A stretch of DNA of 64,000 nt, from assembly GCA_964384905.1 (NCBI GenBank), contig CAYLND010000002.1, forward strand, positions 669 to 64,668, in the 5' to 3' direction. Origin of the DNA: an uncultured Acidobacteriota bacterium (lineage in GTDB: Bacteria; Acidobacteriota; Polarisedimenticolia; Gp22-AA2). The position numbers were made by a program, and so were the translations under genes. The first letter of the stretch is position 1. Every line of letters starts with the position of its first letter. Below the pieces are notes generated by a model, which was not told where the DNA came from, did no database searches, and saw only the letters and a program-made list of their open reading frames with translations. Below, piece by piece: positions 29,283-38,684 of this stretch.

Positions 29283-31367
29283 GTGACGTACCGTCTTCGC
29301 GATCTCGGCTGGGACATTCGGAAGGCCATGTCCCTCTCGCCGGGCGAAGGCGTGCGCCGGCTCTCGGGGCGAGCGGTGCGCTACGCCCGGCGTGTCCGAT
29401 ATCGCAGCCGCGCGACCCACCTGAGCGATGCGGACCTGCTGCGTTCCCTGGCGTCCCCGGCCCCATCGGTCGAGGAGCTGGTCGCGCGGCGCCTGGAGGG
29501 CGCGCCCCTGGTGCCCGCGGCTCTGTGCGGCGCCGCCAGCGCTGACAGACTTCGAAGAACGGCACCCGCATCCTGCGAGGCGATCCTGGCGGCGGGGCGG
29601 GCCCTCATGAATGGAGACTTCGACCTTCTCGGATCCGGTCCGGTCCGCCTCGGTCCCGAACCCGACTGGCACTGTGACTTCAAATCCGGCAAGCGCTGGG
29701 ACCGCGGAGTGTATTCCCTCGACATCACCCAGACGCCGAATCGTGGGCACGATTGCAAGGTCCCCTGGGAAATCTCCCGGCTGCAGCATCTCCCGATCCT
29801 GGGCATGGCCTCGTGGCTCGGCGGCGACGTCGCGTTCCGGGAGCGGGCCGTGTCCCACGTCGCCTCGTTCGTCGCGGGCAACCCGGCCTATCGCGGCATC
29901 AACTGGAATTGCACCATGGATGTGGCCATACGCGCGGCGCAGATTCTGGCCTCCGAGGGGTTCCTGCGCGGGGCGGGCGACGATCGGTTCTGGGCCGCGC
30001 TTCTCAAATCCCTGCTCCTGCACGCCCGCTTCATCCGCGACAATCTGGAGAACGGTCCGGTCCGCGGGAATCACTATGTGTCCAACCTCGCCGGGCTGTT
30101 CCTCTGCGGTCTGGGCCTGACGGAGTTCCGGGAGGCCCCGAAGTGGAGGGAGTACGCCCGGGTCAGGCTCCTCGCCGAGATGCGGCGACAGGTCACTCCG
30201 GACGGGCTGGATTACGAGGCCTCGCTCTCCTATCACGCGTTCGTCACGGAAATGTTCCTGTTCCCCGCGCTTCTGGAGTCCGAGCGCGGCGGCTCGTTCG
30301 GCACGCCGTACCTCGAGGGGTTGAGGTCGATGATCGAGGCCGTGGCGATCCTCATGCGCCCCGACGGGACGCTGCCGCAGATCGGTGACAACGACGACGG
30401 TCGGTTCCTGATCTTCTCGCAATACCGTCGCACGCGTCGTGACTGGAGGCCGCTTCTGGTCCTCGGCGCGTATCTGTTCCGCCAGCCGAAGTGGCTCCCG
30501 CTCGCGGGCGACGCCTGGGTGGAGGGCGTGTGGGTCCTGGGCGAGCCGTTCGTCCGCTGGCGCGACTCGCTGCCGCCGGTCGATCCGCCCGCCGGCTTCT
30601 CGAGCCGCGCCTTTCCCGAGGGAGGCATCTACCAGCTGGGCGCCGGCAGCGTCCAGATGGTGGTGGACGCCGGGGGCGTCGGCCAGAGGAACAACGGCAG
30701 CCACGCCCACAACGACACTCTGGCGTTCGACCTGTATGCCTTTGGCCGCGAGATCCTTCCCGATCGGGGCACCGGCGCCTACACCTCGGACCTGACGATG
30801 CGCGACGGCTTTCGCTCCACGCGGGCGCACAATGCGCTGCAGGTCGACGGCCAGGAGATGAATCCGTTCGCGGAAGAGCCGTTCCGGCTGATCCCGGCCG
30901 ATCACCCCCGGGTGCTGCGCTGGCGTGCGGGAAGGCGGTACGTCTATCTGCGCGGCGAGCATTCGGGCTACCGGCGGCTGCCCGCGGCAGTCGTGCATCG
31001 CCGAAGCATCCTGCTGGATCGCCGGACCGGGACCTTCTGGATCGAGGATCGGCTGGAGGGGCGCGGCCGGCACCGATTCGTGGCCAGTTTTCATCTTGCG
31101 CCAGGCTGGACAGTCGAGTCCCGGCAGGACGGATGGACGGCTCGCGGCTCCGAAGGAGGGGTGATCCTCAGCGTCCTGTGGACAGCGCGTCCCGAGCTCT
31201 GCCGGACACGCGTGGAGGAGGATCTCCATTCGCCCTCCTATGGCGTCACCCAGAGTGCCCGAACGGTGCGTTTGGAATGGGAAGGCCCGGTGCCTTGCAG
31301 GCTGCGCTACAGGCTCACCGTGCTCGAGCAGAAGGACGTGCAAGGGGGAACGACCCCGGGCAGATGA
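29283..31367 (+). CDS. heparinase II/III-like (polysaccharide lyase-like) protein
   Basis: 694-aa protein with the layout typical of heparinase II/III-family proteins in EPS loci (alpha/alpha toroid region followed by a beta-sandwich; ...HAHNDTLAFDLYAFGREILPDRGTGAY...). Confidence 0.65.
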   Translation: MTYRLRDLGWDIRKAMSLSPGEGVRRLSGRAVRYARRVRYRSRATHLSDADLLRSLASPAPSVEELVARRLEGAPLVPAALCGAASADRLRRTAPASCEAILAAGRALMNGDFDLLGSGPVRLGPEPDWHCDFKSGKRWDRGVYSLDITQTPNRGHDCKVPWEISRLQHLPILGMASWLGGDVAFRERAVSHVASFVAGNPAYRGINWNCTMDVAIRAAQILASEGFLRGAGDDRFWAALLKSLLLHARFIRDNLENGPVRGNHYVSNLAGLFLCGLGLTEFREAPKWREYARVRLLAEMRRQVTPDGLDYEASLSYHAFVTEMFLFPALLESERGGSFGTPYLEGLRSMIEAVAILMRPDGTLPQIGDNDDGRFLIFSQYRRTRRDWRPLLVLGAYLFRQPKWLPLAGDAWVEGVWVLGEPFVRWRDSLPPVDPPAGFSSRAFPEGGIYQLGAGSVQMVVDAGGVGQRNNGSHAHNDTLAFDLYAFGREILPDRGTGAYTSDLTMRDGFRSTRAHNALQVDGQEMNPFAEEPFRLIPADHPRVLRWRAGRRYVYLRGEHSGYRRLPAAVVHRRSILLDRRTGTFWIEDRLEGRGRHRFVASFHLAPGWTVESRQDGWTARGSEGGVILSVLWTARPELCRTRVEEDLHSPSYGVTQSARTVRLEWEGPVPCRLRYRLTVLEQKDVQGGTTPGR

Positions 31368-31481
31368 GACGCAGGCGCGATCGCCGTTGTGCGATTTTTG
31401 CGCACCGTCCATCTGGTGCACACGCGCGTTACCATACTGTGAAAAGTGAGAGTTAACGGCTTCACGCCTTGAGATTTGCCC

Positions 31482-31509
31482 TTGACACCCCGCTGGATTC
31501 CAGTATATT
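31482..31509 (+). promoter_or_regulatory. candidate sigma-70 promoter TTGACA-N16-TATATT
   Basis: Exact -35 TTGACA (31482-31487) and near-consensus -10 TATATT (31504-31509) with a 16-nt spacer. Located in a low-GC 600-bp intergenic region. Confidence 0.4.
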
Positions 31510-31966
31510 CGACGCAATCTCGAAAGGTTCTCTGATCCCCTGCAAGGGGTTGGTGGGGGCGATCAAGTAGTAGGGTGGACTTTCGGAAAACCCTTCCGCG
31601 AGGTCAGTGCTTCCGAGATTAGTGAGAGGTCATACGCTTCGTGTCGCTTCCGGTCGGGATACAGGAATTGTCTATCAGAATTACGGATTCATTGATATCT
31701 CTAGTAACATTTTTGTGTCTGGTTCAAATAACTGCGGTCCGATTCAAGATGCTTGCGAAATCGCCAGTCCGAAAGCCCGAAGCACGGGGTCGCCGTGTCG
31801 ACACATTTCGATCCACGGCCGTCTCCGTCTGGCACGGCAGCTTCCGGGTTGTCGGGAACAGTGCCGAGCGAAACTCCCGGTGTCTCCGTAAGCGGAATTT
31901 GATCATCACAGGCGGGATCGAAGTATGGATCCCTCCCTTTGACCCGGGCGACACGGTTGTCCTACC
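31510..31966 (+). promoter_or_regulatory. long low-GC structured 5' leader; candidate cis-regulatory RNA or antiterminator loading site
   Basis: About 450 nt between the promoter and the next CDS, at roughly 45-50% GC against about 68% for the window. Several stem-loops are visible (CCCCTGCAAGGGG; CCGTG..N16..CACGG; GGCAC..N23..GTGCC). The ORFs within it show no RBS. Confidence 0.3.
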
Positions 31967-33169
31967 GTGACGTCAAGAAGACCGGTTGTTCCCGCCGCAG
32001 GACGGCGGGTCCTGATACTGCTCCTCGGGACCTGCTTCATTCCCACACTGCCGATCCGCGCCCAGGTCCCCGCCGTGACCGGGCCGACACGCGGCGAGCT
32101 CAAGCTCAGCCTGGGTCTCGGCGGCGGGTACACCAGCAATGCGGCTCTGCGCTCCGACGCAGCGGCCTCGGGCGATTCCATCGCGAATCTTCGCGCCGAT
32201 CTCTCCGAACGTAAGACCAGCGCGCGAACCGACTGGTCGGCCTCCTACGATTCCTTCTACACGAGTTACGGCACCAACAACCAGTTCGACAGCCTCAATC
32301 ACGCCGTCAACTTCGACGGACGCTACCTGGTCACGAGCCGGAGCCACCTCGCGCTCTTCGAGCACTTCTTCTACAGCCGCAATCCTCTTCAGATTGCGAG
32401 CACGACGCCGACCACCGAGACGGTCATTCTGACCCAGCAGACCCACCGCTGGCGGAGCGTCTCCGACGTGGGGTTCGACACCAGTCTGTCCCGGTCGTTG
32501 ACCCTGCTGGCCGGTGTGACGTCCCGGATCGAGCGGATCGATCTGCGCCCGTCCGTCGACACCGACACGTATTCCGGTCGCCTCGGGATCCAGAAGCAGA
32601 TCGGCAAGAAGGACAGCATCGCATCCAGCTACGCCTACTCGCGATTCGACTTTCACGACGCGACGATCCCGAACTCCGCAGCCAATGGAGTGGACGCGTC
32701 GTGGACGCACGGCGCGCCGGCCGGTCCGGCCTGCACGTTGTCCGCCGGCGTGTCGAAGGTCACGCGGGAGGGGGCCAGCCAGAATCTGGTGGTGGCCGCG
32801 GCGAGTCTGCACCATCCGTTTCGTCGGCTCGATTTCGTGTCGGATTACCGCCGAAGCCTGATGGCCGACATCGGAGTCGCGACCCTCACGGTGGCGCAGA
32901 ACGCCAGTGCCGGCATCTCCGGAACGGTCGGGCGCTCGTCCACGCTCGGCGTGTTCGCGGAGTACGGAACCCGCGAGTCGGTCCTGGACACGGGAGACCG
33001 ACAGGCGCTCCGGTACACCGGCGGCGCCGTGCGCGGCTCGATCGCGCTCAATCCATGGCTGAGCCTTTCAGGCGAGGCGCGGCGGCGCAAGCAGATCGGT
33101 CTCGAGGGCACGGTGGAGGATCTGACGGTCGACACGGTCTTCATGAATCTGGTCTTTCAGGTCTTCTGA
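31967..33169 (+). CDS. outer-membrane beta-barrel protein, function unknown (EPS-locus associated)
   Basis: Signal peptide (RRVLILLLGTCFIPTLPIRAQ), alternating amphipathic beta pattern and a C-terminal Phe (LVFQVF). GTG start. Confidence 0.55.
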   Translation: MTSRRPVVPAAGRRVLILLLGTCFIPTLPIRAQVPAVTGPTRGELKLSLGLGGGYTSNAALRSDAAASGDSIANLRADLSERKTSARTDWSASYDSFYTSYGTNNQFDSLNHAVNFDGRYLVTSRSHLALFEHFFYSRNPLQIASTTPTTETVILTQQTHRWRSVSDVGFDTSLSRSLTLLAGVTSRIERIDLRPSVDTDTYSGRLGIQKQIGKKDSIASSYAYSRFDFHDATIPNSAANGVDASWTHGAPAGPACTLSAGVSKVTREGASQNLVVAAASLHHPFRRLDFVSDYRRSLMADIGVATLTVAQNASAGISGTVGRSSTLGVFAEYGTRESVLDTGDRQALRYTGGAVRGSIALNPWLSLSGEARRRKQIGLEGTVEDLTVDTVFMNLVFQVF

Positions 33170-33203
33170 TTCGAAGCCGCCCGGGTCCCCTGGCGGGGAC
33201 CTG

Positions 33204-33728
33204 ATGAAAGGACAGTCGATGCTCTGGTACGCGATCCAGACGAAGCCGAACAAAGAGAGCGCGGTGCGCGCGACCCTGGACCAGGAGGGGATCGAGGTCT
33301 ATTGCCCGCGCATCCGGAGACCCCTCCGTGGCGTGCGGGGTGCGTGGAAGGAGGCGGCCCTTTTTCCCGGCTACCTGTTCGCCCGTTTCGACTTCGTCCG
33401 GGATTACGCGCGGCTGCGTTGGAAACCGGGGCTGGTCAGAGTGGTGATGAGCGGCGCAACGCCCCTGGTGGTCACGGAAGCGACCCTGGGGTCGGTCCGG
33501 CAGATGGAGAAAGAGGGAATCCGTGGACTGTTCCGGCCGGTCCAATGGAAACCGGGGACCCCGGTGCGTGTGACCGAAGGCCCTTTCAGTGGGTTCGAGG
33601 GACGGGTCGACATGACCCTCAGGGGTGGCGACAGAGTTCGCATCTTGCTCGAGCTTTTCCGGCGGCAGGCCGCTCTGGAGTGCGCTCCCGAGTCGATCCA
33701 GCCGCTGGCTTCTGCAGGCGGTCGATAG
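33204..33728 (+). CDS. NusG-paralog transcription antiterminator (RfaH/UpxY-like) with a KOW domain
   Basis: N-terminal NGN pattern (LWYAIQTKPNKESAVRATLDQEGIEVYCPRI...FPGYLFARF) and a C-terminal KOW-like region (GTPVRVTEGPFSGFEGRV). Confidence 0.75.
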   Translation: MKGQSMLWYAIQTKPNKESAVRATLDQEGIEVYCPRIRRPLRGVRGAWKEAALFPGYLFARFDFVRDYARLRWKPGLVRVVMSGATPLVVTEATLGSVRQMEKEGIRGLFRPVQWKPGTPVRVTEGPFSGFEGRVDMTLRGGDRVRILLELFRRQAALECAPESIQPLASAGGR

Positions 33729-33758
33729 AGGCAAGTCGTTTCGCCTCTATCAATTCGA

Positions 33759-34424
33759 ATGGGGAGCAAGAGGCTCTCGATGGCGGAGCTCCATCCGGTG
33801 ATGAACGGCACAGAGACGACGACCACGATGCCCGTGTCCATGACTGCGCCACCGAAGGCGGTTCCACAGATCGGCGGAGCTGGTCCCTTGTGGCGTAGCC
33901 TGCTTTTCCCGTGCAACGGCCAGCGGGCGGTTGAATTCGGCAGCAACGGCACCAGTCTGTTCGCTTCGCTGCGCCAGGCAGGAGTCCGGATCGAGCCGGG
34001 CCAGCCTGACGAGGGAAAGATCGCGGAGCTCACCTTCGACCTGGTCCTGGAAGATCGAACGAACGGCAACCGGCCCGTCCGAACCGAGCGGGCCCGGTCG
34101 CTCCTGGATCGTGGCGGTCGATGGGTCGTGGCCCTGGAGAGAAAACGCTGGATCGGTCTGGCGCGTCGGCGGGTCATGGGACGACTCCGTCGCGGCGGCT
34201 TCGAGGCGGTCGAGACCTTCTACGCCTACCCGTCGCTGCGGGCGCCGCGCATGCTGGTGCCGCTCGATCGGCCGGGGCCATTCCAATACTTCCTGGGTCT
34301 CGCGACCGGTGTGCGCGGGCCGCGCCAGCGCCTGCTGGCACTGAGCGCCCGCTGTCTGTGCGCCGTGCGTCTGCACCACCTGTTTCTGTCCAACCTGATC
34401 GTGGTGGCACGGAAGGCTCGATGA
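33759..34424 (+). CDS. hypothetical protein (221 aa), translationally coupled to the downstream kinase-like gene
   Basis: Only coherent frame in this interval. Stop overlaps the next ATG (ATGA). No motif recognised; the start is uncertain. Confidence 0.4.
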   Translation: MGSKRLSMAELHPVMNGTETTTTMPVSMTAPPKAVPQIGGAGPLWRSLLFPCNGQRAVEFGSNGTSLFASLRQAGVRIEPGQPDEGKIAELTFDLVLEDRTNGNRPVRTERARSLLDRGGRWVVALERKRWIGLARRRVMGRLRRGGFEAVETFYAYPSLRAPRMLVPLDRPGPFQYFLGLATGVRGPRQRLLALSARCLCAVRLHHLFLSNLIVVARKAR

Positions 34425-35440
34425 TCGACGCGCTGTCCGAGACCTACAAGGAGCTGGCGGCCGAGGCGATGGGGCTGCCACGCCACAAGATCTCGGTGTT
34501 GATGGTGCACCGCCCGCACGACGACAAGAACTACGCCGATCAGTCGGTGTACTTCTTCTTCCTCCCGCGCGAGCGGTTTCCTTCGGCGGTCGGGAAGGTG
34601 GGGTTCGATGCGGCCGGCGCCCACTACCTCGAAAGAGAGCACCGAGGCCTCCTGTCGCTGAGCCGGCACGGTCAGACGCTCCCCGCGGCATCGGTGCCGC
34701 GTCTTCTCCTCTACCGGGAAGTGGCCGGACGTCAGGTGCTGCTGCAGAGCGCGCTGCGTGGCGAAAAAGTCTCGACCTGGCTGACACCTGGCATGCGGCT
34801 CAATGGACGCCTCGAGCGCTTCCTCGCCTGGGCCGCGGACTGGAGCTCCGCGCTCGGGCGCGCCACCCGAATCGATGGACCGGCGCTGGTACCGGGCTGG
34901 ATCGAAGAGTTCTGCGTGAAGCTGGACCGGACGAATCGCTCTCAGGCGCTCCTGGACAAGGCGGCGAAAACGGTGTGGGACGGGTTCGGGCAGGCGTTCC
35001 CGACCGTCCTCGCCCACGGCGACTTCTGCGGCGAGAACATCCTGGGCGACGGCGAGCGTTACGGTGTGATCGATTGGGAGCTTTGCGACGAGGTGTCGGT
35101 CCCGACCTACGACATCCTGGATCTCTGCCTGTGGGTCGCGCTGCGGACCGAAGGGCACGTGGTGCCGGATCCCTTCACCGCGCTCGAGAGACTTCTGAAC
35201 GGACGCGACCCGCTGGCACGCGAGCTGCGTCGCACGCTGGGTCGATACACTGCGGCGATGGGCCTCGAGCGGAAACTCCTGCCGCCGCTCCTGACCATTG
35301 CCTGGGCCGGTCATTGCCTGAAGAAGTTCCGCCACCTGCAGAGGGACGAGACCGGACACTTCGCGCGCGCCCGGGTCGCGGTGCGCAAGATCCTCGATAC
35401 GCCCGCCGAGATCCTCTCGGGAGAACGCGAGGCGGGATGA
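34421..35440 (+). CDS. phosphotransferase enzyme family (APH/choline-kinase-like) protein
   Basis: Kinase-like fold motifs (HGDFCGENIL...IDWELC; Brenner motif and DxD). Confidence 0.7.
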   Translation: MIDALSETYKELAAEAMGLPRHKISVLMVHRPHDDKNYADQSVYFFFLPRERFPSAVGKVGFDAAGAHYLEREHRGLLSLSRHGQTLPAASVPRLLLYREVAGRQVLLQSALRGEKVSTWLTPGMRLNGRLERFLAWAADWSSALGRATRIDGPALVPGWIEEFCVKLDRTNRSQALLDKAAKTVWDGFGQAFPTVLAHGDFCGENILGDGERYGVIDWELCDEVSVPTYDILDLCLWVALRTEGHVVPDPFTALERLLNGRDPLARELRRTLGRYTAAMGLERKLLPPLLTIAWAGHCLKKFRHLQRDETGHFARARVAVRKILDTPAEILSGEREAG

Positions 35441-36945
35441 TCGTCTCCCGGGTGGCCCGGAACATCGGCTCAGGCTACGCCGGCGCGGCGGTCAACGGCG
35501 TCGTGCTGCTCCTGCTGACGCCGCTCGTCGTGCGACACCTCAGCCCGCGCGCCTACGGCATCTGGGTCCTGGCCACCGCCATCGGCAGCTATCTGGGGTT
35601 TCTCAACGCCGGCAGCGGCGCCGCCTGCGTCCGGGCGGTCGCGCGGAGCGCCGGGACCGGAAGGATCGAGGAAGCCAGCCGTGACGTCGGCTCGGTCTTC
35701 CGGATCTACCTGGCCGTCGGTTGTCTCGCGAGCGCGGCGCTGACCCTCGTCAGCTTCACGGCCCTGGGCCTGTTCCACGTCCCGGCGACGGAGCAGGCCG
35801 AGACCCGGGCTCTCCTGATCCTCATCGCGCTCAATTTCCTAGTCTCCTTTCCTCTCGGAGTGACGCGCAGCGTGCTGGCGGGGCTGCAGCGGTTTCAGCT
35901 GCTCAATGGGGTCGAGGTGTTCTGGGCTCTGTTCCGGCTGGGCGCCAGCGCGGCCTTCCTCCAGGCAGGCTACGGCCTCCTGTCGCTGGGCGGTGTTCAG
36001 CTGGGCGCCTCGATCGGAGGTCACCTGACTCGCTGGGTGGCGCTCCGGAAGGTCGCGCCTGCGATCCATCTGACCGGAGGGCCGGGGTGGCGCGGTCTTG
36101 CGGCGGACGTGTCGATCTTTTCGGCGCTCTCGTTCGGATACGAAAGTCTGCGCACGCTGTTCGACAGCGCCGATCTGCTCTTTCTCGGGGTCCTGGCCGG
36201 TCCCGCGGGCGTGGCGGTGTTCAGCGTGGGAGTCACCCTCCCCTCCCTGGTCTCGAAGGGACTGCAGCCGATTTCGGGCGTCCTCTTTCCCCTGGCCTCC
36301 GAGCTGGAGGCGCAAGGACATCGCTCGGGCTCGGCCCGGCTCCTCGAGGTCGGAACGAGAGTCAACCTGGCGCTCGCCCTTCCGCTCGTGACCGTCCTGC
36401 TGCTGGACGGTCCTTCCCTGCTGCGCCTCTGGGTGGGAGCGGGATTCGAGGAAAGCTCTCCCGTGCTGTTCGCGTTCGCCCTGGCGAACTTGATGATGGC
36501 GGCCTCTCTCGCCTCCTCGACTCTGCTGTTCGGGTCGGGCCGGATCGGGGTTCTCCTGCGCGCCGAAGCGTTCAAATACGTCCTGAACCTGATCCTGGCG
36601 TTCCTCCTCTACCGACGGCTCGGGATGACCGGAGTGGCGCTGGGCACACTGCTGTCGGTGCTGGTGGCGGACGCGGGCGTCGTGATCCTGCGCGCCTCAC
36701 GGTGGGCGGGTCTCGACACCTCCGGATTCCTGCTGCGCTCGCTGGCGGCCCCGATCCTGGCCACCCTTCCCTGGATGATCCTGCTGGCCGCCTGGAAGAG
36801 CGTGTCGCCGGCCCCTTCGCCGCCGCTGGTGGCGCTGCGGGTCGTCGTGTGCCTCGCGGGCTTCGCGCTCATCTACGCGGTCGCGGGCGCGTTCAGGGAA
36901 GAGCGGCGACTGGCGGGACAGGTCTGGGCGGAGGCCCTCCGATGA
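35437..36945 (+). CDS. polysaccharide/oligosaccharide flippase (Wzx/MOP superfamily)
   Basis: ~500 aa with 12-14 TM helices and a typical Wzx N-terminus (NIGSGYAGAAVNGVVLLLLTPLVVRHLSPRAYGIWVLA). ATGA overlap with the upstream gene. Confidence 0.8.
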   Translation: MIVSRVARNIGSGYAGAAVNGVVLLLLTPLVVRHLSPRAYGIWVLATAIGSYLGFLNAGSGAACVRAVARSAGTGRIEEASRDVGSVFRIYLAVGCLASAALTLVSFTALGLFHVPATEQAETRALLILIALNFLVSFPLGVTRSVLAGLQRFQLLNGVEVFWALFRLGASAAFLQAGYGLLSLGGVQLGASIGGHLTRWVALRKVAPAIHLTGGPGWRGLAADVSIFSALSFGYESLRTLFDSADLLFLGVLAGPAGVAVFSVGVTLPSLVSKGLQPISGVLFPLASELEAQGHRSGSARLLEVGTRVNLALALPLVTVLLLDGPSLLRLWVGAGFEESSPVLFAFALANLMMAASLASSTLLFGSGRIGVLLRAEAFKYVLNLILAFLLYRRLGMTGVALGTLLSVLVADAGVVILRASRWAGLDTSGFLLRSLAAPILATLPWMILLAAWKSVSPAPSPPLVALRVVVCLAGFALIYAVAGAFREERRLAGQVWAEALR

Positions 36946-38684
36946 TCGCGCCGGCCTTGGGGGCGTCCGCCGGCTTCGGCCGCGTGCGCCGGAAAGAATG
37001 GCTGTTTCCGCTCCTGCTGGCGGCGACGCTCCTCGCTCTGGCCTGGGCGCCGTATGGCGTGGCTTTCCGAAAGTCGTCCGCATCGGAGCAGTTCATGGGG
37101 GTGATCGGTCGCGAGGCCATCGACGACAACAACGTCTACCTGGCCCTGATGCGCCAGGCGGCCGACGGCAAGGTGCTGTTCACGAACAATTTCACGCCGG
37201 AGCCGAACCGCCCCGCCCTGTTCAATTTCATCTACCTCGTCCTGGGACGCATGGCCGGCGTGACCGGCTGGAGTCTCGATTGCGTCCACCGGATCTTCGG
37301 CGGAGTCTCGATCGTGCTCCTGGTCGTGGCCGTCTATGCGTTCATCGCCACCGCCATCCGCGGGGTCTGGTACCGGCGCATGGCGCTGACGCTCGCCTGC
37401 TTCGGGACCGGGCTCATCTGGCTGGCACGTCTGGTCTACCGATTGACCGGAATCGGCACGAAGACGATCGACTCCTGGCTGGTGGAGACGAGCGTCTTTC
37501 ACACGATGCTCGTCTATCCCCATTTCGTGTTCGCGGCGGCGCTGATGACCGGAGCCTTCGTCCTGCTCCTCACCGCGCTGCGGACGGGAAGGTCGGCCCT
37601 GGCCCTGTCCGGCGGGGTGTTCGCCGCCGTGCTGGCCGCCAGCCACACCTTCGAAGCGGTCGTTCTTCTGCCGACGGTCGTCGCCTTCTTCGTCCTGGAC
37701 TGGCTGGCCCGCGAGCGCCGACCCGCCGCCGGGGAGTGGCTTTCTCTGGCGCTGGTCCTCGGACTGCCGCTCCCGGTCCTGGTCTTCAATCGCTGGACCC
37801 TCGGCAGGGAGCCGATGTGGGGGAACGTGGTCGCCCGTCTCGATTTCTACACACCCGATCCATTTCACCTGGCGCTCGGTCTGGGAGCGAGCTTCTTCAT
37901 CGCCCTCCTGACCTTCGACGGGCTCCTCCGGCCCCATCGCAGCTCTGGAGAGCGCCTGGCGAAGGCCTGGCTGCTGGTCGCCCTGGCGCTCGCGTACTTC
38001 CCGAAATTCAACTGGCGCTATCACCTCCTCAACGGGATCCAGATCCCGCTCGCCATTCTGGCGACCCAGGGGCTGCGCCGCACCGCTTTCCGGGCCATGC
38101 TCCGGCACCGCCGGCGCGGGCCATGGCCCAGGTGGCCCGTGATCCTGCAGGGGAGGGCGGCGGTCGCGCTCGTCTCGTGCCTGGTGATCACGCTCTCGTG
38201 CCTCAGCAGCGCCAACCTCACTCTGTCCTACCTCTACGAGGCCGGACAGGTGACCGAGCCGACGTACCTTCCGAAAGACGAGGTCGCCGCCATGGAGTGG
38301 ATGGGAAGGGAGCTGCCGCACGGCACGCTGGTCCTGGCCGCCTACCCCACCGGCAATTACATCCCGAGGCTCTCGGGGCAGCGCGTTTTCATCGGCGAGG
38401 ACAAGCTGACGGAAGACCTGCGGGGACGCGAGGCGGACGTGGAGGGCTTCTTCAGGACCGCGTGGAGCGACGCGGAGCGTCTCGACCTCCTGCGCCGTTT
38501 CGAAGTGGACTACGTCTTCTACGGTCCGGAAGAGCGCAAGCTCGGCTCCTACGACGTCCCGCGGGCGCCTTTCCTCCGGTCGGTCCGCCAGGGGGCGGAC
38601 GTGCAGATCTTCCGGGTGGTCGACCCGGCCCGCAGGGACGAGCGGGCCGCCGCCCTCGCTCGTTCCGAGGGAGCGCTCCCGTGA
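36942..38684 (+). CDS. large polytopic membrane protein, putative GT-C-type glycosyltransferase
   Basis: 580 aa, more than 10 TM helices, a periplasmic loop and a C-terminal soluble domain. ATGA overlap. The family assignment is not certain. Confidence 0.5.
   Translation: MIAPALGASAGFGRVRRKEWLFPLLLAATLLALAWAPYGVAFRKSSASEQFMGVIGREAIDDNNVYLALMRQAADGKVLFTNNFTPEPNRPALFNFIYLVLGRMAGVTGWSLDCVHRIFGGVSIVLLVVAVYAFIATAIRGVWYRRMALTLACFGTGLIWLARLVYRLTGIGTKTIDSWLVETSVFHTMLVYPHFVFAAALMTGAFVLLLTALRTGRSALALSGGVFAAVLAASHTFEAVVLLPTVVAFFVLDWLARERRPAAGEWLSLALVLGLPLPVLVFNRWTLGREPMWGNVVARLDFYTPDPFHLALGLGASFFIALLTFDGLLRPHRSSGERLAKAWLLVALALAYFPKFNWRYHLLNGIQIPLAILATQGLRRTAFRAMLRHRRRGPWPRWPVILQGRAAVALVSCLVITLSCLSSANLTLSYLYEAGQVTEPTYLPKDEVAAMEWMGRELPHGTLVLAAYPTGNYIPRLSGQRVFIGEDKLTEDLRGREADVEGFFRTAWSDAERLDLLRRFEVDYVFYGPEERKLGSYDVPRAPFLRSVRQGADVQIFRVVDPARRDERAAALARSEGALP

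Noticed and set aside
31393-31412. Hairpin GTGCGA-TTTTT-GCGCAC after the heparinase-like gene as a terminator
   Set aside because: The imperfect stem has its T-tract in the loop rather than as a 3' tail. It is at most a weak attenuator.
31715-31745. tRNA T-loop-like GGTTCAAAT in the low-GC leader
   Set aside because: The flanking sequence cannot form a T-stem or acceptor stem, and no cloverleaf could be drawn.
31830-31846. TGGCAC-N5-CTTCC in the leader (partial sigma-54 -24 box)
   Set aside because: The -12 element lacks the conserved GC at the right spacing. Similar partial matches at 16351 and 9220 were also rejected.
34975-35436. Five long plus-strand ORFs (34975, 35721, 36998, 38710, 42635) whose first halves overlap the preceding gene in another frame
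   Set aside because: Only the downstream portion of each, beginning at the ATG/GTG that overlaps the previous stop, shows a domain signature. The upstream portions are frame-shifted shadows of the preceding genes. Genes were called from the coupled start codons instead.
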